A stretch of DNA of 64,000 nucleotides from Macrostomum hystrix. Lineage: Eukaryota; Animalia; Platyhelminthes. The notes beneath the pieces were generated by a model that saw only the letters and a program-made list of their open reading frames with translations, did no database searches and was not told the DNA's origin. Below, in pieces: positions 48,287 to 58,903 of this stretch. The DNA lies in assembly GCA_950097015.1 (NCBI GenBank), contig CATNEN010000001.1, positions 15,438,001 through 15,502,000 on the forward strand, in the 5' to 3' direction. The stretch's first letter is position 1. Each line of letters begins with the position of its first letter. A program made the translations under genes and the position numbers.

Positions 48287-50021
48287 CTACGGGTGCTAGC
48301 TGGGATAGTGATCGTTTGGGCACTACTTTCTACAACACCATCCAAATTGCCTAAAGCAGCAGTTAGCTTAAAGAAAAACTATCAATGGTCTAGATGAGTG
48401 TTTGACTTTTTTCTTTTATTTGCTGAGTTATGGCCCATCACGCGGAGATCTCTATGGGCATAAATTGCGATTTCACTAGCTGCGGAAGACAGGCCGCAGT
48501 CGAATCTCAGTCAATCCTGCAATCCCTCTGCTTAATCAATCTTTAAGCAAATCATTTTAACAGTTGGCACAAGTTAACCATTCAGCAGGCTAAATATTGC
48601 TAAAAAACACAAGATGGCATCAGCTTCAAAGCAAGACCTCAAACCAGCAATGCGTGGCGTCATTCGCTTCTGGATCGACAGCGGATGCACAAATGCGGCT
48701 GACATGCACGCAGAGCTTGTTGCGACATATGGAGAGGCCGTGCCAAGCGAACCTACTGTCCGACGGTGGGTTCGCGAGTTCAAAGAAGGCCGTACCTCCC
48801 TTGACGACATCGCGCCTCGCCCATCTGGCTCCACGCCGGCGCAGGTCCGCGCCCGTCTGCAAAGCGTTCTCGCTCTTGAAGCTGCTGTAAAAGCTGCGCC
48901 TAAGAGCTCACTTCGCAGGCTTTCTGCTACTGTTGGCCTTTCAAATCCATATGGGCACGAGATTCTCAAGACCGATCTTGGGCTGTCCCGCCTCTCCTGT
49001 CGATGGATTCCCCGCATCCTCACGTCAGAGCAGAAGAGTCGACGTGTCGAGGTTGCGCACGCGCTGCAAGCTGCATACACTCTCGAGGGTCAGCCTTTCT
49101 TTGACAAGATCATAACGTCCGACGAGACGTGGCTGCCCTTTTTGAGTCGGCTGGCAAGCAGAAAGACGCTGAGTGGTGTGTGCGAGGCTCAAACTCGCCT
49201 ACGAAGCCTCGGCAGACGTGGACAAAGAAGATCATGATCTCTCTCTTCTTCGATGGCCAAGGTCCCCTGCTGGTCGACTTTCTGCCGGGTGGCAAAACCG
49301 TCAACTCAGTGCACTACCAGGAACAGCTTGAGCGCCTCAAGGTGGCTGTTATTGCGAATCGACGCGGCACGTGGCGAAGCGGTCGTGCGCTTCTCCATAG
49401 CAAAACTCGCCCACCGCAATGGCAACCGTCGCAAAGCTCAAGGAGATCGGGCTCGACGTGCTGGACCACGCACCCTACTCGCCAGACATGTCGCCCTGCG
49501 ACTACAGAGTATTTGGCGCATTCAAGCAGCTCATGCGGGGTCGAGTGCTTGGCAGCGACCGCGCGCAAGTGGAGGCCGAGGCGATGCGCGTGCTTCGCTC
49601 GCAGGAATTCCGCTCCGTCTATTGGCAGGCCATCAACGAGCTCCCGAAGAAGTAGGCAAAGGTGATCGCCGTCAAGGGCGAGTACATTGAGGGAATGAAG
49701 GAGGAGGATTGCGATGATTGTGATGACATTTGATTCTTTTGCTTGAGATTTTTTAACAACGGTTGTGTCCCCGTTTGACCCCTGACCCTCCAATCCTAGT
49801 GGCTTTAAACTTTTATCTTTCAGCAGCTGGTGAAAATCGCAATTTATGTCCGTGGATATCAACACTCGAGGGGCCATAACTCAGCTAATAAAAGTGCTAG
49901 AGAAAAAAGTCAACACTCATCTAGACCATTGATAGTCTTTCTTTAAGCTAACTGCTGCTTTAGGCAATTTATATTGTAGAAAGTAGTGCCCAAACGATCA
50001 CTATCCCAGCTAGCACCCTTG
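48287..50021 (+). mobile_element. Mariner-family DNA transposon with ~195-bp imperfect TIRs
   Basis: TIRs at 48291-48483 / 49823-50018 with TA flanks and an internal transposase. Confidence 0.92.
48614..49733 (+). pseudogene. Mariner transposase (frameshifts, stop, second catalytic D lost)
   Basis: HTH (TVRRWVREFKEG), WIPRIL, TSDETW and HAPYSPDMSPCDY, split over three frames. Confidence 0.9.
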
Positions 50022-50998
50022 TATAAATTATTATTTTAGTATAAAATAAAACTTTCCGCTATACCCGAAAGAACTTTTTTTATCTCAGCGAAAAGAGGAA
50101 TAATGAATTTAACAAATATTTGCTTTCACAGTAGCAAATCGAAAACAAACGCTTCCTTATTTATTCTCGAACCAAATAAGAGCCTAATAAATTAAAAATA
50201 ATTAATGAAGAAAAACTGATGTTTTTAACTGTTGATGATAAAACCTTAGAAGAAAGAAGCAGTAACAAAACTAATGCTGAATTTTGAGCAGCATTCTGCA
50301 AAAAAATACTTTACTTCTGAGCTTGATTAAAAGAAAGGAAAACTATACGATTAATTGAAGTTGAAACAAGGTTTGAAAATATCTGGACTGCGGTTTTCAG
50401 CGAGAGAAAGGTGGAGGAGATAAGCATTGAGCATCATAAAATCCCAATCTGTCATGTACGATTTGCTTATTCAAATCAAATCGCTCAATCAGCAGAGACC
50501 AATATCACTATCGCCATATATAAACGGAACTATGCTAAAAAGTGACGCTATCGTATTCAATTGGTGGTACCGGGCCCTCTGTTCTACTAAGGCACGCGTG
50601 GACGAGAAAAGCAGTGACGCAATCCCATTTGATTTAGAGTATCGGCCCTATGTGCTACTAACGCACGCGCGGGCAAGAAAACGCACCGATGCAATCTAAT
50701 AAAACTGACAACGTCAGGCCATATTCTAAAGATGAAAAATTGACCTTAAAAGTAGCGTGCTAAAAATCTCTTTGAAATTGATGTTTTTCGAATATAAAAT
50801 GCCTTTACAATAAAGGAAATTATTATATGTGCACTATGCAAATAAACGTGTACCATCTTAATTAGAAGGCGCATCTTATAGAGAAAGAATCGCAAAAATC
50901 GGATAACGCCTTCGCTAGAGCAAGGATAAGACCAATCTATTATTGATTTAATTATCTATATATAATATATAGTTAATAATTTTATTATAAATGACGAC

Positions 50999-51236
50999 TG
51001 TAACACACTAAAAGTGGGGAACGAACCTCGCGCTGGCAGACCGAGACCGGTTTCTGGCTTGTTTGCCTTCGTCAGTCAGCCATAGCCACACGCAGTCCTC
51101 TCCCACCACTCTTATTGTGCACAGAAGTCACTTTTAAGCTTGCCATTTTTATGGCGATATTTTTTATTGTTATGTGAGAGTTTTGCAGCCAAGTCTTTCC
51201 TTTTCTACTTTTGTAGACTGAATTGTATCTCTCACA
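50999..51236. mobile_element. Solo LTR (238 bp, 5-bp TSD)
   Basis: TG...CA termini with acgac duplicated (50994-50998 / 51237-51241). Empty sites are at ~5505-5520 and ~46870-46885. Confidence 0.8.
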
Positions 51237-51736
51237 ACGACTAGCAACTTTATGCCACCTTTAAATCAGCTAAACTCAATGCATTCAATTTTAGGACAAC
51301 GACTTTCCAGGCAAGCCCGATTTACAAATAAATTACTCTCTCCTCCGAGTCAGAGGTGCAAGTGAAAATAAATTAATTTTGAACAGCGTGTCTACCCTCC
51401 GCCATGAAAGTTGATGCTGTCATTTATCACATCAACTGACCCTCCTTAGTAATACAGCACAGCTCTCTTCGCCCAGTCAGAGGTGCGAATTTCAATAAAT
51501 AAAATTTAAGAGCACAACTCCTCTCCACCCAATCAGCGCTCATTTTTTACATTACGCACGAAAAGGCGACCGCAAATTCAGCCCCTGCTAATCAGAATTT
51601 CTATATTTCAAATAACTTCGCAAACATTCAACTGACTCAAACATTCAATCTTGCTAAAAAAAAATCTACACTTAGCAAAAACTTATATATATCTAACAAC
51701 GTCCTAAATTTCGTGCTCGAAAGGCATTGCGAAAAA

Positions 51737-54688
51737 ATGAGCGGCTATGCACGTTACCATGGGTCCGAGAACAGCGTCAACATCAGGGCGAGTGGCGGCT
51801 CGGGCAAGAGAGGGCTCTTGCTGACGGTGGCGATTCTCGTCCTGCTCGCGCTCGTCTTCGCAGACTCCGTAGTGGCAGTGACGACGGTTCCGACAACGGT
51901 TCCGAGCAGTCCGCCGCCGGCGACTCCGGGACCATCGACAGCGCCGCCACTCGTAAAAGACGTCCGACTGCCGGCTGGCGTCAAGCCTGTGCACTACAGT
52001 CTCACCCTGGCGCCCTACATCTACGGGACGAACGCATCGGTCTTCTACTTCACCGGCTCCGTCAGGGTGAGGCTCAGTGTCAGCCAGAGCACCAACAACC
52101 TCAAGCTGCACGCAGACAGGATCAACCTGACGGTCCAGGATATAAAGATCTACGATGACAGCTCCAACATAAACTTCACCGTCACGAGCGTTGTGTACGA
52201 CGACAAGCGTCAGTGGTACAGCATCAACATGAGCGAGCCGCTGCCTGCGAACAGCTCAAGCGTCGTCCTGCAGATCGACAAGTTCCGAGGTCCACTTCGG
52301 CCTGATCTTAGAGGTCTCTATCTGAGCTCCTACACTGAGAACGGAGGTATAAAGTACCTCGCCACTTCTAAACTGCAGCCGACGTACGCCAGGAAGACAT
52401 TTCCGTGTTTCGATGAGCCAGGATTCAAGGCAAAGTTTGACATCAGCCTCGTGAGACTTGCGTCTTTTAAGTCCATCAGCAACATGCCTTCAAAGCAGGA
52501 AAGCAACGTGACTGCCAAGCAGTGGTTTAGCGAGATGGCCGACTCAGATCTTGTAGTGAAGGAGGACTTTGAGACTACTCCCATCATGTCTACTTACCTT
52601 CTGGCGTTCATTGTGTCTCAATTCGACTATGTAGACAGCAAGGACGACAAGGGTCGCGAATATCGCAACTGGGTTCGACCCGAGTTCAAAGGTCTCACAA
52701 ACTACTCGCTTGAGGCCGTCATGAACATCACCCAGCACTTTGAGTCCTACTTCAACGTGTCATACCCGCTGAATAAAACGGATCAGGCTGCAGTTCCCGA
52801 CTTGAGGGCAGGTGCGACGGAGAGCTGGGGACTCATCATTTATCGAGAGAAATTTTTTTTATTTGATGAAAAAAAAGACCCCAGCGCCATTTTACAAGAC
52901 ATCGGCATCATTGTGAGCCACCAGCTCACCCACATGTGGTTCGGAAATCTGGTCACTCCGGACTGGTGGGACGACATCTGGCTCAATGAGGTATTCGCCA
53001 GTTTCGTGCAAAACATCGGAGTGCACAATCTGCATCCCGACTGGGAAATCGATGCTCAATTCGTGTCAAAACTGCAGAGTGTGGCCTTCGATCTCGATTC
53101 AAAAGGCGCGAGCCACCCAATTTATCTTCAGGTTTATAATCCGAGACAGATCAGCGAGATGTTTGACATCATGACCTACGTAAAGGGCGCCACTGTTGTC
53201 CGCATGCTTCACGGCTTCGTGGGTGACGAAGTGTTCCGGAAAGGAGTCGGAAAATACCTGTTGGACAACAGTTACGGCAACACATTCCACACTGCTCTCT
53301 ATGACAGTCTGGCTCGACAGTACAACGAAACGTGGGGCAGGCCGCTCGACGTGGGTCAATTGATGGACCGTTGGATCAAGCAGATGGGATATCCTGTGCT
53401 CAACTGCTCCAGGAGTGCAGGCCAGCTCACGCTGACCCAGAACCACTTCCTCAGCAACCCTAGCCAGAAGCCCAGCTACGAAAGTGACTACAACTACACG
53501 TGGATCATCCCAGTCACCTTGGCCACCAAGGAGAATCTCACATTGGGTACTCCGGAGGATGTGTCACGATTCGTGCAATGGATGGCCGACAAGAGCCAGA
53601 CGTTCGACTTGGACGCCGGCTCAAGTTGGTACCTGCTCAATCTGCGCTCGCTCGGCTTCTACAGAGTGAACTACGAGCTAGCGAACTGGGAAGCTCTCAT
53701 CCAACAGCTGCTGTCGAACCACAGCGTGTTCACTCCGCAGGACAGAGCCCGTCTGCTCGATGACAGCTTCTCTCTGGCCAACGCAGGCTACCTGGACTAC
53801 AGCGTTCCGCTCAACATGACCAAGTACTTGAAGAACGAGACCCACTTGGTTCCGTGGGAGTCGGCTCTTTCGAAGATGAGCTACCTGCACTCGATGCTCC
53901 ACCGACAGTCTCCGGAGTACGGTCCTCTGAGTGCCTACATGCGCGACCTGCTCGAAGGTGCCTTTAACGAGGTCGGACTCGACAACAAGGAGAACGAGAC
54001 GTACCTGACCCGACTGAAGCGAGAGCTCATCGTCTCATCGGCCTGCCTGTACGGTGTGCAACGTTGCAAGGAGGCTGCAAGGGAAAAGTTCAACGACTTC
54101 GTGAACTCAAATTTTACCAAGAGCATCAGTCCAGACATCAGACGCCGGGTTTTCTGTGAAGGAGTGTTCATATATTTTATGGACGTGTGGGACCGACTGT
54201 TTGAGTACAGCAAGACTGAATCACATCCTTTAATTCTGGACGACATCATCCGCAGCCTGGCCTGCACAAGCGAGCCGCGGATTCTCAACCGCTACCTGGA
54301 CTATGCTCTCGACGAATTCAGAGTCCGGAGGGAGGACTTATTCACGGTGTTGTTTAGCGTTTCCGCGTATCCCCCAAACGGTCTCCAGATAATGTGGGAC
54401 TATCTGCAGAGGAACTGGAAGAGAATTCATAGAAATGAATTAGGCTCCTTGACTCTTTCGTATTTCGTCAAAAACCTGGCCGTCTTCAACAGCGAGCAAA
54501 AGTTTGTGGAGATGGAGAGGTTCAAGGCGCAGCACAAGAAAAGCCTGGGTGCTGCGACGACGAGGGCCATGGACATCGCCCTGGAGAACGTGCGCATCAA
54601 CGTCAAGTGGATGGAGCGCAAACTTCCGGCTGTTCGCATCTGGCTGGCCGATAATGTGAAACAGTTCAAAGAGGGGCGCGCGGTGTGA
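51737..54688 (+). CDS. Aminopeptidase N-like M1 protein, copy 3, predicted catalytically inactive
   Basis: Full ORF with GATES (52811-52825), HQLTH (52919-52933), NEVFA and SKLQPTYAR. The Zn-ligand His/His/Glu and the Tyr are retained. Confidence 0.93.
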   Translation: MSGYARYHGSENSVNIRASGGSGKRGLLLTVAILVLLALVFADSVVAVTTVPTTVPSSPPPATPGPSTAPPLVKDVRLPAGVKPVHYSLTLAPYIYGTNASVFYFTGSVRVRLSVSQSTNNLKLHADRINLTVQDIKIYDDSSNINFTVTSVVYDDKRQWYSINMSEPLPANSSSVVLQIDKFRGPLRPDLRGLYLSSYTENGGIKYLATSKLQPTYARKTFPCFDEPGFKAKFDISLVRLASFKSISNMPSKQESNVTAKQWFSEMADSDLVVKEDFETTPIMSTYLLAFIVSQFDYVDSKDDKGREYRNWVRPEFKGLTNYSLEAVMNITQHFESYFNVSYPLNKTDQAAVPDLRAGATESWGLIIYREKFFLFDEKKDPSAILQDIGIIVSHQLTHMWFGNLVTPDWWDDIWLNEVFASFVQNIGVHNLHPDWEIDAQFVSKLQSVAFDLDSKGASHPIYLQVYNPRQISEMFDIMTYVKGATVVRMLHGFVGDEVFRKGVGKYLLDNSYGNTFHTALYDSLARQYNETWGRPLDVGQLMDRWIKQMGYPVLNCSRSAGQLTLTQNHFLSNPSQKPSYESDYNYTWIIPVTLATKENLTLGTPEDVSRFVQWMADKSQTFDLDAGSSWYLLNLRSLGFYRVNYELANWEALIQQLLSNHSVFTPQDRARLLDDSFSLANAGYLDYSVPLNMTKYLKNETHLVPWESALSKMSYLHSMLHRQSPEYGPLSAYMRDLLEGAFNEVGLDNKENETYLTRLKRELIVSSACLYGVQRCKEAAREKFNDFVNSNFTKSISPDIRRRVFCEGVFIYFMDVWDRLFEYSKTESHPLILDDIIRSLACTSEPRILNRYLDYALDEFRVRREDLFTVLFSVSAYPPNGLQIMWDYLQRNWKRIHRNELGSLTLSYFVKNLAVFNSEQKFVEMERFKAQHKKSLGAATTRAMDIALENVRINVKWMERKLPAVRIWLADNVKQFKEGRAV

Positions 54689-55590
54689 AATTTGTGTGCG
54701 TGAACTGCGAGAAGAGTCCCGCCGACTAGTAATTATGATTAGCAATTATCGTGAAAACTGTTAAGGATCTGGGACAGAAGAAAATCTGCCTTATTGTTGC
54801 TTCGTTTTTTACTTAAAATCATGATTAATTTTGCGTATTTGAACCGTAGTCTGTACTGGGCTTCAGGTGTTCCATATTGAAAGTGTGCAATTAACTTATC
54901 GTTGCGACTGCAAGGTCAATGTGGTTTTGTTGCCTCAAGGTAGTTTTGTTGCCTCAAATTTCATTTTGTTCAAGGTTTCTTCTTTAATTTTATTGGAATG
55001 TTTGATGGCTCATTAATATATTAAACTTTTTAAAATTCAATGTCGAGATATACAGCGATTCTTGTCAAAGACCCTGGTGACAGGAACAACTAACATTGCT
55101 CTGCATAAACCTCACAAATAATAGCCGACATGGTTTCTTGATGAAATTTTGCCCATACCTATTATTGGTGGTTTTCGCCACCCAGCAGAAACCTCTACAA
55201 GAATCGTTCAACATCTCGACGATGCGGATGCTTTGTGATTCTGTCTGGCTTTTTCTTGATTTCCGGATTTTTCTAGCGAATGGTAAAATGAATAATGCGG
55301 GCATTTGAAATACACCCCTGGTCTGTTTATTGAAAAGCTCTAAATAAAATATCGCTTCTGGGTTCCAATATTTCTGAGTAAATATTTCTGTGAGCTAGCA
55401 CAATGGTCCAACTTCTTGCAGGATAGAGTTAATTGCAACGCATCGATTGTCTCGATGCATTGTACTATAAAAATAAAATCCTATGACAGGTTCAGGGTGT
55501 CAGGTTCCACCGATCTATCTAGCAGCAACTGTAGTCGCAACAACTGTCACAGGCGGGGTTGCCATGGAGACAGACTTGCACGCCAGCCGC

Positions 55591-56235
55591 CTAGCCAGGT
55601 GACGCCTTAGGCCGCGATTGAATGACAGTCAGACAAGGCACAGCGGCTGAGTTGGCAAAGAATAGGTAGAACAGGCATGCGTCCATGCCGCTGCCAGTGA
55701 CATTGTCCAGAACGATTGGCAGGAGGCTGGCGAACTGAACCGCATTGACCGATCTGGCTCTCACCAGCAGCAATGCTCCAGTGGCAATGTAGACTCAGGC
55801 GGAGAACAGGTAGGCTAGAATCCCTATGCCCGTCTTCGCGTAAGTGCTGATTCTGGTGTACAAGATCACGCGGTCGCACAACATAACATCACTGAGGTCG
55901 TCTAGACGGCTGAAGCGCCTCGACTGCACACAGATTTCTCCGGTTGCCATGACAACCAGACCAGCCAAGGCCGCCAAACCGACCATACGACTATTCCATC
56001 GAGTATTTTTCGGTGCCGCGATAGCCAACAGACGGTCTAGAGCCAGCAGGCTGTTCACGTAGACCTCCAAACCGATGGCTACGTCTCTGGCGCTGTACAG
56101 GATTCTCAGCAGGGTGACATGTCGCACGTAGAACTCATTCTCGCTATCGCTGCTTCACTCCGGGCTGATCAGTTCGCTGCCGAACAGTTGATTTTGATAG
56201 CCGACGCCAAGCCTGAAGAGCAACAGCGCCAGCAC
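55591..56235 (-). pseudogene. Class A GPCR-like pseudogene fragment
   Basis: Hydrophobic segments with TM3 motif NSLLALDRLLAI. ORFs 55795-56127 and 55591-55773 are in one frame, with TGA stops at ~56155 and ~55795. The 5' part is cut off by the GC-rich retroelement at ~56235. Confidence 0.65.
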
Positions 56236-56621
56236 CCGTCGGCCTCTACGGCCGGCCTGCGGTCAGACCGCAGCTCCTACACGGCACCGCGTCTTCGTCG
56301 CGGAGGGGAGCTTCTCCAGCCGGGAGAAGTCGAAGAGTGCCGTACCTCGGACACCATGTCCGCACGAGCGAATTTCAGGGAGGATATCATTCTCCAAGGT
56401 CAGGGCGCCCGTTTTTTGTCTTGGGGAGGTAGTACCACGGCCCGCTACCTCCCGGCCCTGCTCCTCCTGGGGGCCGGCGACATCGAGACCAACCCGGGGC
56501 CGACCCCAATCTGCGGCCGACCGGAGTGCGGTAAGCACCTGCGCGGTCGAGCCCTGAAGTGCCAGCAGTGCTCGCAGAGCTTCCATCTCAAGTGGGACAG
56601 CTCGGGCCTCAGCCGCTGGGC
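56235..56621 (+). mobile_element. 5' end of a 2A-containing non-LTR retrotransposon (structured leader, ATG 56356, 2A motif, half PHD)
   Basis: MSARANF...[16 protein letters not shown] (DxExNPGP at 56479-56502), then CGRPEC...CQQC...H, interrupted at 56621. Confidence 0.85.
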
Positions 56622-56890
56622 GCTCGCACCGGCGGGACACAATGCCTGTGTGGTATGAGTCAGACCAGGCCTACGGGCTAAGGTCTGCGATGCCTCACAC
56701 CTGCAGTCGTTTTTTGAGCAGGTTTGGCAGGAAGGAGACCTGTGCCTCCGGGTGAAGGAATCCTCTCCACGTTGTCCCGTCAGCTGACCCATGGGTACAC
56801 GTCCCGCGAGTGCTCAAGGCTGACCCTAGGGCAGCCGGACAGAATGGGCAACAGCGCTGGACGACCCATCCAGGGCCTCCGGCCTAACTG

Positions 56891-57447
56891 GGTACCTCTA
56901 GCCCCGGTTGGAGGGAAAGGTGTCACCCTTTGACCTTAACAGGGTATGCGGCCAGTCCGCAGCGTTCGTGCACATGTGCGTGTTCAGGTACCTCTGGCTA
57001 CGGCTCTGAGGAAAAGGTGTCACCCTTTGACCTTAACAGGGTATGCGGCCAGTCCGCAGCGTTCGTGCACCTGTGCGTGATCAGGTACCTCTGGCTACGG
57101 CTCTGAGGAAAAGGTGTCACCCTTTGACCTTAACAGGGTATGCGGCCAGTCCGCAGCGTTCGTGCACCTGTGCGTGATCAGGTACCTCTGGCTACGGCTC
57201 TGAGGGAAAGGTGTCACCCTTTGACCTTAACAGGGTATGCGGCCAGTCCGCAGCGTTCGTGCACCTGTGCGTGATCAGGTACCTCTGGCTACGGCTCTGA
57301 GGGAAAGGCGTCACCCTTTGACCTTAACAGGGTATGCAGCCAGTCCGCAGCGTTCGTGCACCTGTGCGTGATCAGGTACCTCTGGCTTCGGCTCTGAGGG
57401 AAAGGTGTCACCCTTTGACCTTAACAGGGTATGCGGCCAGTCCGCAG
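56891..57447 (+). repeat. 97-bp tandem repeat (~5.7 copies) in LINE 5' UTR
   Basis: The (t/c)gtcaccc core falls at 56921, 57018, 57115, 57212, 57309 and 57406. The sister element has a single core. Confidence 0.95.
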
Positions 57448-57679
57448 GCCTCGGCGCTGGCCAAATAGCGCCCTCTAATGTCCCAGTGTTGACCGTGCTG
57501 ATGGACGCTTGACCAGGGAGTAGTCTGGCCTCCTACGGTTCCTCCCGGTGGTCCTGGCATCCCACCCCGGGTTGTAACTTGTCTTTTTTGGCTGCCCCCG
57601 CTCAGCTTTGGGATCGCGGCTGAGCGGGTTATTCCTGCCTGTGTCTACAGGAAGCCCCTCTCCTCATTGCAGCTTTCAA

Positions 57680-58903
57680 ATGGCTTCCAGCCTACCAACT
57701 GCTCCGGCCGAGGACACCATGGTGCCCGAGGCCATACACGCTGCGGCGCCCGGGCTAGCTGGCCCCGCGACCGCCACAAATGCCGCGCTGCCCAACTCGC
57801 GCGACGACCGGGGCGCTAAGCGCTCCTCAACCTCTGGAGCGGCGAAGCGTCGTAGGCGCTTAATGGCCCACGGCAAGCCGGCTCCATCGACCGAGGACCG
57901 GGCCCAGACCAGAGGGGCCGAAGGGGCTCTGCCTAGGGCGGGGGCTGGGGCGGGGGGCCTTGCGCCTCCTGCCCAGGCTCCTGCACGGGGCGGAGCCCTC
58001 GACGCCCCGAGGCCAGGGTCGCGGGCCAAGGAGGTCCCGGCGCCCATCCGGACGGCGGCTCGGCCTGAAGGAGAAGCGGAGGCAGAGGGCCCTGTGCCCA
58101 CCGCCGACGCTGATCCCGAGGGTGGGGTCGCCACCGGACAGGGCCCGGGACCACATGCCACCTACGCCGCCATCGCACGTAGGCAACCTGCCGTTGTCAT
58201 CACCGGCAGAGACGGAAAAAGGCTGAGCAGCGAACAGCTCAGCAACATTTGCCGCAACATAGATGCTATGCTGTGGCAACTCCAACTGAAGGGCGAGCCC
58301 CTGGCGATCGGCGCAAGCGCTACCAGGGAATCGTGCTTCGTCGTCTGGCCCGGCGACGCGGAATCAGGGCGGCGGCTCCTTGAGTTGCTGCCCACGCAGA
58401 GCTGGGCGGCTGGCCTCGACTTCCTCCGGGAGAACGAGCCACCAAAGACCAAGCGACACCGCATTTTCGTCCCGGCGAAAAGTGTCGTCACCAGCGCTGA
58501 GGACCTCCGCATGGGCCTCATCGCGATGAACCGGGAGCTGCCGACAGCGGGCCTGATCGTGCACCGCACGATCCTGCGCCCCGATGGCACCGGATTTACC
58601 GCCATTCTGGGCCTGTCCGAGCAATGGACACGCCGTTACCCAGATGGCGCCAACATCTGCATCGGTCTGTGGAAGACCAAAATCTTCGCCTTCGAGGCAG
58701 ATAAATCTCGAGGTCAGACCGGGCCCACCACCGTACCGGCCACTGAAGGGTCCTCGGACCCCGAGGCTGGGACTGGGGGCAGGGCCCAGTCGTCTCGCCA
58801 AAAAAGGCCAGAGCGTGCCATCGCTGGCAGCTCTGAGCGTCGCCCCGCGCGCATCACAAAGGGCCCTGGTGCGAACCGCCAGGATGGCCCAGCTGCGCGC
58901 TGA
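57680..58903 (+). CDS. LINE ORF1 (gag-like; C-terminus probably frameshifted into 58912-59169)
   Basis: Basic SGAAKRRRR motif, a low-complexity region, then TYAAIARR and a globular domain, as in LOA/R1-group ORF1. Confidence 0.75.
   Translation: MASSLPTAPAEDTMVPEAIHAAAPGLAGPATATNAALPNSRDDRGAKRSSTSGAAKRRRRLMAHGKPAPSTEDRAQTRGAEGALPRAGAGAGGLAPPAQAPARGGALDAPRPGSRAKEVPAPIRTAARPEGEAEAEGPVPTADADPEGGVATGQGPGPHATYAAIARRQPAVVITGRDGKRLSSEQLSNICRNIDAMLWQLQLKGEPLAIGASATRESCFVVWPGDAESGRRLLELLPTQSWAAGLDFLRENEPPKTKRHRIFVPAKSVVTSAEDLRMGLIAMNRELPTAGLIVHRTILRPDGTGFTAILGLSEQWTRRYPDGANICIGLWKTKIFAFEADKSRGQTGPTTVPATEGSSDPEAGTGGRAQSSRQKRPERAIAGSSERRPARITKGPGANRQDGPAAR

Noticed and set aside
55591-56235. TGA recoding (two TGA stops in the GPCR fragment, one in Gypsy pol)
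   Set aside because: Intact genes here use TGG for Trp and end in TGA, so these are most simply nonsense mutations.
56891-57447. 97-bp, 41-bp and 23-bp arrays as possible CRISPR or ribozyme arrays
   Set aside because: They have no unique spacers and no cas genes, the context is eukaryotic, and there is no CUGANGA/GAAA hammerhead or twister core.
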